Origin: Moniliella sp. 'wahieum'
Lineage: Eukaryota
Direction: 5' to 3'
Assembly: GCA_003971905.1 (NCBI GenBank)
Contig: RSEE01000023.1
Coordinates: 744,001-766,178 of the forward strand
DNA length: 22,178 nt
Shown here: positions 11,252-19,855 of the stretch, in pieces
Position numbering within the stretch: the stretch's first letter is position 1
Layout of the letters: each line of letters starts with the position of its first letter
Position numbers and translations under genes: made by a program
Notes under the pieces: generated by a model
What the model was told of the DNA's origin: nothing
Seen by the model: only the letters and a program-made list of their open reading frames with translations
The model's database searches: none

Positions 11252-11523
11252 ACTTAACAAGGCGTACGCGCGCAACCGGTAAACTCCTCTACCGCTCGCG
11301 TGAAACAGACGGCCAAACAGCGCCAGACAGCACCCTCCTGCCCTTCTCAGCCGACAGGATCGATCACACACATCAGGCACACCTGCATCCTGCATCATGC
11401 ATGGCATCCCGGTCGTGCCATGCTCAAACGGCTGCAATTTCAATTTCGCATTTCTTTCTGCCCCCCACACTGCTCCCGTGGCAGGTAACCTGTTATTAGA
11501 TTGGTCCTACAGGCAACCCTAGC

Positions 11524-11922
11524 GTGACAAGTGGCATGTGACATGTGATCATGTGATGAGTCATTCCGCACTTGGCCGCGCCCGTCTTTCCACTTCCAGT
11601 CTCAGCACCTCGTATCAGTTTCATAGCTAGCTAGTAACTAGTAATTTAAAGCGGCACGCGTAACGCGTACCCTCTCTAAAAGTTGTGGCTGCGTGGCTTT
11701 TCACCCAATTTCACCAAGAGGGTGTGCATGTCACATCTCTGAGGCCTGGCCTGGGGCCTGACCGCCTGAGCCTCCGCCATGACTGAGATCTGAGAATCTG
11801 AAGCTTCTAAAGGCAACAGTGACATGGTGACATGGTGACAAGTGACAAGTGACTACCTGCTAAGTGGCTAGCGACTAGATGTGACATGGACATGTGACAT
11901 GTGACCGCCGTGATACGGTGAC
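11524..11922. promoter_or_regulatory. Three arrays of GTGACA(T/A) 7-8-mers with an AP-1/Gcn4-type site and tandem ACGCGT
   Basis: Arrays at 11524-11556, 11819-11853 and 11881-11905; ATGAGTCAT at 11556-11564; ACGCGT at 11656 and 11663. The repeats are seen directly; regulatory function is inferred. Confidence 0.45.
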
Positions 11923-13864
11923 GACCAACGGAGTGGAAAACGTGCCCAGGTCACCCAGCCACATCAGGGATGCTCGATGCCATGCAATGCCACGAGATCT
12001 CAAGATGAGATCGATGAGATATAATGGCTTTTTTCTCGTCCGTGCACGGTGTTTTGCCGGTTGACAGAGGATAGGATACATCGGGAGAGCACGATGGCCA
12101 CTGGGTGCTGGAAGGAAATGGTGTGACCAGGTGACCGGCGCTCGTGGGGCATGGTTGGGCCCTTTTCTTTTCTTTTCGGCAAAACATGATGGAATATAGC
12201 GCTCGAAAAGATCAGTAGACTCGCCCAAGTTCAGAGATCGAACACAATGGTGCGAGCGCCAAAACTCGTCCTCGTCAACGACATCCACGTGGTCAAGTTC
12301 AACCGTGACGTGGAGTTATAAATCAGTCCATGAACTTGGAATAGGTCCAGATCCATGCTTGTTGGACGACGGTGACATCGATGTTTAGCGTCGGCGGTTT
12401 CCTCTGTATGCGTCATGGTCTGATTCTCGTATCCAGCCCATTGCGCTATGTTGAATGCAGTACTGAAGGAAAGGAAAAAACGTGGAGGATGGGTGCTGAG
12501 GAGAGGTACAAGACGAAAATGACCATAAAAGGACAACGGAATTGCCGAGGAGATCGCAAAGCAGGGGGACGTCACAGCGGATAAGAGGGTGAGACATGCT
12601 TGCCACGCATTGCAAGATGGCATCCCCGCAACATATAGTAGTTAGGACAAAGCAGCAGCTATCGACAGATCTGTTTCTCCGTCCGTACCGTCATATCATG
12701 TACGATGTGAAGCTACTACTACCACTAGGTGTGAGTGATGGGGTTTGAGCTTCAACTCTAGTAGTAGCCGGCATTATGAGAAGTTCTGATGGGCTTCTTC
12801 ATCATCGGATGCTCACTGTCATCTCTCCTCCCTCCCCCTCCATCCCAACCATTCTTCGCGCACATGATGTGTGTGTAATCCACTTGAGTCGGTACCCTCG
12901 TATACATTGGGGGGTGTGGGTACGATTTGACGGCAGTTATACCCGCTGTTGGTTTGTATCACTTAGTTCCCTTTGTATACTATGCATGATGGCATCATGG
13001 GACTCTCAACCACTTCTTCAGTTTGGCTACAGCTGCTCGACCGACAGTTTAGCGTGTGCGCACCGAATCGGGTGGCAAGCAAACGGCGCAACCAAACTTC
13101 CGGTCGCAAAGCAATGTCGGAAAGGAACCTTGTGAGATTGCAAGGGAGGATGAGGCCTGAAAAGCTAGACACCAACCGAGGCGTGACATGGGAACCAACA
13201 GTGGAGCGACACAAATAGGAGCAGGAGGACGGGTGGTGGGGGGCAGGAGAGGCGGAAACAGTACGGATATACCTTCCAACTCCCAAGTGATCTCCCTGAG
13301 TGGGACCGATATGGCAGCACAGGTAGAAGATATGCAACACGAAAACACGGAAGGTAAGGTGCAGAGGTTGAAGACGAGTTTCACTCGTCCGGCGGAGACA
13401 CCGGGCTTCATAACCCTTGCTCACAAACGAGCAGTTGCCCCCACCCTCCACCAGCGCAATCGAAACGTACGGTGGGGTGAGGTGGGGAGAAGGACGGAGG
13501 ATCATGGGGGAGAGGCGCATGTCGAGCAGTGCAAGGGAGGCGCGGGCGTGTTGCGAGGCGGAGGGTGTGGGCTATAAGGGTGGGTGGGTTACTGAGACGG
13601 CCATTTGAATTTGCAAGCGCCCTGGGCCGGGTGGCGCTGCACACACTTCCAATTGAGACCAAATGGCATTCCAAGCTCCATCGCCATCCATATAGTCTCC
13701 TATAGCCCGGATGGATTGTAGTCGCTGGAGGGTCCATGATCGAGTATCGATTACCTCCAAATGTGGAACCCTCTGTCATCCGGCCCTCTGTGTCCATCCA
13801 TATCCGCACCTCGCTGTCATCCGTGCCTTTTCCATGCGAGCCCAGCGTAGCCGATGGCGTCCAT

Positions 13865-14820
13865 ATACAGCTCGTCGTGCGCCGTCTCGAGACGGCATCC
13901 TCCTTCTCCTTCTCTCTTCTCGGCCCGCCCGCTCTTTCCGCCTCGGCCTTTTCCCGCGCCGCCACATTCTGCAGCGATTTTGCCAGCCGCTCATCCACTG
14001 CCGCATGCAGCACATTCAGCTTGCGCGTAATGTCGTCCAGCTTGTTGCCTGCCACATTCTTGCTGTTCAGCAGCATCTTTTCCAGCCGTCCCTCTCCTTG
14101 GCCAGCCAAGCATCCGATTCGGAAAACTTGCGAAACACGCGCTCGTAGTACCGCGCCGCCGCTGCCTTGGCCGTGCTGCTGGTCAATTGCCTGGCCTCTG
14201 CCTTGGCCAACAGATCACGAATGTAATTGTAAGCTTTGCTCTTGATCTGGTCCAGCGCCTCCTCTGCCCCCTCGGCGCTTTGGCGCGAGGTGGTGACATA
14301 GTTGTTCAACAGCCGATCCAGCGCTGGCATGCGCCCCGCCAACACCGCCAGGCTCCCGCCCGCGACGCGAAACGTGCCGGCCTGGGTATTGATAAACTTG
14401 ATGAGTTCCTCCTCGGTTCGCTCTCCGCGGTACGGAAGCGGGGTTTTGCGCGTTACGCCTTCAGTTCGTTGGGTGGGCGTCAAGGCAGGGAACCAGAGAA
14501 TGGTAGGGAAGCCCATGACATCGTACTTTTGTGCCAGCTCGGGATATTGGTCGCCATTCACCTGCGTACCACCACCTCGGCTTCCCTCTCAAACGCGATC
14601 GCCGTCTTGTCGTACTCGGCGCCAACGCGCGGCAGTGGCCACACCACGGCGCAAAAAATTCCACCAGCGTACTCGTCTCGGGGTTGCCCACCACCGCGTC
14701 AAACGTCTCGGGGTCAGCTGGTGCGCATGAGACGCATGTGCCTCACTCGATTCCGATGCCAGCACGGCGCTCACGCCGAACAGCGCCCAGAAGCAGGACA
14801 GTGGAGATGGACACGCGCAT
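13865..14820 (-). CDS. Protein disulfide isomerase, ERp38/TigA type: signal peptide + one thioredoxin domain (WCGHC) + ERp29-C domain + HDEL (frameshifted)
   Basis: ATG 14820 gives [20 protein letters not shown] signal peptide; [126 protein letters not shown] (HDEL) at 13879-13868. Confidence 0.92.
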
Positions 14821-15888
14821 ATTGTTGGCAAGTGACCGACGTGGGGATCACCCTGTGGCCCTCCGTTTCCTCGTCGCCAGGAGCGGGGCAACGTGGCGCA
14901 TCCGATTCACAACCAAGGAGCGGTAGGGTTGCACAACCCTAGCACAGCACACATAAACCTTGGCCTGCGAGTTTCAATGTTCAACACAGCAGCACTGGGA
15001 GCTCTGCAATGGGATCCGAGACCGACGCCTGAAGAAACTGGTTAAAACAAAAGCTGTGGGGCCTTCGACGATCGATATGATCGACCGTCCATCATGCATC
15101 ATTTGCCATGCACCATGCCCGCTTCGTGTGGAAATGAGTGCGCACACGGACACAAGAGACGCTGAGAGGGAGGATACACCGAGGAAGACCATCAAGCTTC
15201 AATCTCCAATGTTTCGTTGTCGACGTCCCTCTTCCTTCGGCTTTTTATCTCCGAAGAGAGAACCTTGGGTTGTTTGAACGATTAATGATTAATGAACAGT
15301 AATAGAGTTCTGGGGAACATACTTTGCGAGTGGCGCCCACGCTTGCGCCCCTGGCGCTCGGCTTTTCGCCTCTCGCCCGCCGCTACGACCGTATTGGGGC
15401 CAAGCGCCAACCCGTTCGCGTTGGACCGAGGGCCGGGCTCTAGCTGCCCACGGGTGGTGGGTGATGGTGGTGTGGTGTGGTGGCGGCGGCGGGAAGCAAC
15501 GCGGCTACCGAGCTAGCCGACAAAGGGGCGCGTTGTGGGCGCAGCCACAGCATAACCCCCCCTCTGTGGTGTCTGTTCGTATTCTGGTGTTCCACCGCGA
15601 CCCAATGCACGCCCCTTCATCCTTCCTCTCTTCCTTCACCCACTCAGCATAGCCTCAGCCCGTGCCCGCTGACCCCTGTTGCCCTGTCCAGCTCTCGGCC
15701 CGCCCGGGAGACAGGGTACGCGTGGAACAGAGCACCACGTCAGTCTGCTACTCCGTGGGATACCCACCGAGCCCTTTTGGCGGGGTGCATGGCTAGAATT
15801 CCTACTTAACCCCCCGATGTCTACTCTTGCTTTCCCTCCTCTCCCCTTCCCTTCCTTTCCCCTCTCATCGCCCGTGGAGCCCATCAGC

Positions 15889-18800
15889 ATGACCAGTTCG
15901 GTCCCTCCCTCCGCGGTCGCATCCCCATCCTGCACGCCAACGACGTGTACCGCATCCGCCAAAAATTTTCCACTCCCGACGGCCCCAAGGAGTCTTTGCC
16001 GACCAGTTCGTCTCCCGCGCGCATGCTGTGCGCGCCAAGTGGCCGCCTGCCGCGTCTGGCCAGGCGGGCGACCTGGCTGGCCTTTCTCTCTTCTCGGGGG
16101 ACGTGTTCAATCCCAGTGTCGAGTCGGTCATCACGCGCGGCGAGCACATGGTCGCTCCCATGAACGCCATGCAGTGGGACTGCTCTTGTCCTGGCACCAC
16201 GATTTTGACGCTTCTGCCCCCTTCTTCCAACACCTCGTCAGCGAGACCAACTTTCCCTGGGTCTTTAGCAATGTCGTCGACACGAGCGGCACGGGCGCGC
16301 TCTCCAACTCGCTCCCGAGCTGGGAACCAATGTGTCCCAAATGGATCAGACGCTGCCCGGTGGACCTGCACCGTCCAAGGCGTCAAGGTGGGCGTCGTAG
16401 GCCTCGTCGAGCCCGACTGGATCGCAACGATCCCCTCCTGGCCTCCAGAGGTTCGTTTCCCCTTCCCCCCCCATGTGCGCCGACATCACCTGACCCTTGA
16501 CCCTGGTTTCTTTAGTACGAGTACCGGGACATGATCATGGTAGCCAAGACCTACTCATCACTCCTGAGGCAGGAGCACGGTTGCGAATTGGTTATTGCCC
16601 TGACACCAGCCGTTTGCCCAATGACATCAAGCTGGCTCTGGCCACCGGATGTGTCCGGTCTTCCGAGCGTCCAGCCGAGCAGCAGGGCAATGACCATCTG
16701 GACCTTATCTTGGGCGGGCACGATCACTTTTATTATTCTGGCAATGGCTTTGATTCCTTCAGGGGGCCGAGTTTGAGGTCCAGGCGGGATCCGAGGCCGA
16801 CACCAACGCCATGATTCTCAAAAGTGGGACCGACTTTCGTGATTTGTCAGAGGTCTGGCTCGAAGTGGGTCTGCCTCCCGGCGCCGAGGCAGGCGCGAGC
16901 CGGGTGATCCTCAAGGCCGACGTGACCCGCTTCCAGCCCAACCCGATTGACGACCCTCGTTTTCCTGGTCTGGACAAGGAACTTGATGATGTGCTGGCCA
17001 AGATCTCCAAGGCGACCGACGAGCCGATCGCGACGACCTTGACGCCGTGGGACTGTCGCTCCGAGAAGCTGCGGACCGAAGAGACGGCGATTGGCGATTT
17101 CATTTCGGACATTTGCCTCACTGCGTACGATGAGATTTTGAGCCAAAACTTTCCTGCCCGACCGCCGGGGAGACGACAGGTGGATGTTGCGCTGCTCTGT
17201 GGCGGCGCGATTCGGTCCGACACGCTCTTCTCCTCCGGGCAAGCGTTCGATCGGCGACGTGCTGGAAGTCCTGCCTTTCTCGGACCCCGTCGTGGTGATC
17301 GAACTGAGTGGAGAACATTTGCTCGAGGCGTTGGAAACCAGCTTGAGCAAGTATCCCGAACAAGAAGGTCGCTTCCCCGTGATTGGCGGATGGCCGTCAA
17401 GTGGGACTCGCGCCGCCCGGCCGGGCAAAGGGTGCTGGGGCGCACGGCTGCTGCTGGATGGCCACTTGTTTAATGAGCCGACGCAACAGGGCCAATCGAC
17501 GGCGACAGCCTATGATCTAGCCCCCCAGACCCAAGCCACCAACTTGTCCGAGTTTGGGACCAAGTGGACCGTCTACCACTCGGCCATGGAGTTGGGTCCG
17601 GAAATCGATCCCCAGGAAACCTACCGCGTCGTCTCGCGCGAGTACATGGTGCAAGGGTTCGACGGCTTCGACGTTCTGACCAAGGGCAAAATGCTGATTG
17701 ACGATGAGAATGGCGGGCTCATGATGTCGCAGTTGGTGCCAAGTACTTTATGGGCTGCTCGTACTTGCTACGCATGCGCACGTTGCGCGCCAAGTACCCC
17801 GACACGCCGGCGGCCAGTGCAGCTCCCAGCGCTGCATCTACCGCTGCCCTACCCCAACCACGTCCACCTCGGCCCTTACCACACCAACCCACAGTTCCCT
17901 CTCCCTCGTGTCGTCACAGCCCGCACGCAGCCCCGACTCGTCCGCCTGATCCGCCCTGTTCCCAAGACGCCGAGGGCCATTTGCGCGTCCCTGACCCTTC
18001 GCCGCCTCCAGCCTCTCGCCTCAAGATCCCACCCATCCAACCGGTCGCCGACGCTCTTGGAGCGCATCCCTCCAGAGCCTCACCCCGACCAACTTGGTTC
18101 ACACGGTTCGCGAACGCTCCCGCTCCCGCTCTCGCTCTCGCTCCCGCGAACGGCGTCCGTCGGCCCCAGCCACATCAGGCGAAGAGGCTACTGCTTCCCC
18201 GCGCAGGTCCCGCAAACTTCGGACGGGCCGCACCCCGCATCACCACCACCACCACCACACCACCCATCCCCCACCGACCGCCCCCGTACGCCACACCATG
18301 GCTTCCCCACCAGTCGCGTGCGCGCCAAGCGTTGGAACGGTGGTTTCGTCTGGCGCCTTCGGGCGAACGATCGTCTGAGCCGCTTGCGCCTTCCGGGTCG
18401 GAAGCCACTGTGCCTACGACCTCTACCTCTGTCTCTGCCTCAGCGTCAACCACTACTACGCCCAACCGGTCTCGCCGCCCTTCGGTCTCGCTCTGACCGC
18501 TCCGGCCCAGCTGGCACGCGATCGCGATCGCCCTCGGTCTCGGCCCACGCCTTGGCTGAGCACGGACGCGACCTGTGGGCGCAGCTGCGCCACGCTGTCG
18601 TCGACAACTCCGCCGCGGGCCGACACGATGCGCTCTACATTGCGGATGCCGAGCTGCCCGACGATCCCAGTACGTCCTCCGATCTGCCATGCCATGTCCT
18701 ATTAGAGAAAGGTGAAAAGCTGACTGAAGGTATCGGGGGTAGTTTCCAGGATGTTCTCTGTGACGAGAAAGGCCAAGGACACTGCGAGTGCGGGTGCGAG

Positions 18801-19017
18801 TGGGAGTGCATCAGGGCTGCCGGATGCCACGCTGCGAACGCTGCCACAGGTGCCACGACGGCGTCCGAGGGCAACGTGCTTGCCGAGTCGGTGACGCTGG
18901 ACAAGCATGCGGCGGCGGCCGGTGACGGACGCGCAGACGGCGGCCGACTTGGCGGTTGTGGCGCCCTTGGTGGACGGACGGCTGGTGGATGTGGCGCGGG
19001 CCGAGCCGACGTGGTAG
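15889..19017 (+). CDS. 5'-nucleotidase/apyrase family protein (metallophosphoesterase + 5'-nucleotidase C-terminal domain); no signal peptide, one intron, frameshifted
   Basis: Metal-binding motifs ILHANDVY, FSGDVFNPSVES, G(N)HDFD, FPWVFSN, VIALT(H), LILGGHDHFY; KSGTDFRDLS; LRTEETAIGDFISD, GGAIRSD, LEVLPFSDPVVVIELSG, EGRFPVIGG, YMVQGFDGF; terminal LAVVAPLVDGRLVDVARAEPTW-TAG(19017). Confidence 0.93.
16451..16515 (+). other. Spliceosomal intron (65 nt) in the 5'-nucleotidase gene
   Basis: GTTCGT donor, CCTGAC branch-like site, TTTAG acceptor; joins IPSWPPE to YEYRDMIMVAK. Confidence 0.85.
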
Positions 19018-19855
19018 CTGCCCACGCCAGCTTGCGTCGGTGCAATGCATGCGATAGGACTTTCAAATTTCAGACAGCCAAACGTCAAACACGCCTGATT
19101 AGCTGCACGTGACTGGTGAGAAAGGGCCAAGCCACCTGTCTCAGCACTGCGACCGCCCAGGAGCACAGAGCAGCACGGGGGCAGTCAGCGGCCGCAACCT
19201 GCCAGCGGCGGCAGCACGGGGGCAGCCTGGCTGCCATCGGCCGCGGGCGGGGGGCTACACTGGGCGGGTGCGACAGGGCGCAACCCTAGGGGGCGTGGCT
19301 CCACCCATGCTTTGAGGACGGCAGCGGTGCACTATAGCGCTTTGGGGCACCGTGGGTAGGCGTTGCGCGTTAAGCTTTGGGTCGTATAGGGGCATCGTAC
19401 TCGTCCAGTTCTTTGATCCGTTGCGCGTGGAGCCCGCAGCGCCATTCGCACCACCACCACCTCCTCCTCCTCCCCCTCCCCCCCCACCTCGGTGCTGGTG
19501 CTGCGGTTGCGGGTGGGCGGCTGTGTTGCTGGCAGCCTTGATTTTGGTGTTGGAGCGGCTCCTCTCCGACGGTCTCCCTGCTTCTCCGTCCGCAGCCCAT
19601 CCCCCCCCCCCCCCGGCGTTGCGCGTGCGGTGGCTGTGTGTGTCTGCGGTCTGCGGTCTGCGCCTGGTCTGCCGCCCTCTCCGGCCGCTGTGCCCGCGCG
19701 CTTTCTCCCTCGCGCTGGCGCGTCCCTCTTCTGTTCCCCTCCTGTGTGTAGGTCTGCCGCCCCCTCCACACGCCCCTCGGTGCCCGTTTCTGACCAGCCG
19801 CAGCCCCTCCGCCCTCAGATCCTCCATCCCCGTCCGCTCGTCCTTTCCTCTCTCG

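Noticed and set aside
11524..11922. Repeat arrays as a CRISPR-like locus
   Set aside because: Units are 7-8 bp with no unique spacers, there are no cas-like ORFs, and the context is eukaryotic.
11875..12623. Minus-strand ORFs 11875-12288 and 12231-12623 as a gene
   Set aside because: No recognisable motif and weak coding signal; cannot be supported without homology or RNA data.
10560..13860. Pheromone precursor (CAAX) or snRNA gene in the gene-poor interval
   Set aside because: No listed ORF ends in CAAX and I saw no U2/U5/U6 signature; ORFs under 60 aa were not exhaustively checked.
13881..13896. 16-bp palindrome GCCGTCTCGAGACGGC
   Set aside because: Single instance within the PDI coding tail with no supporting context.
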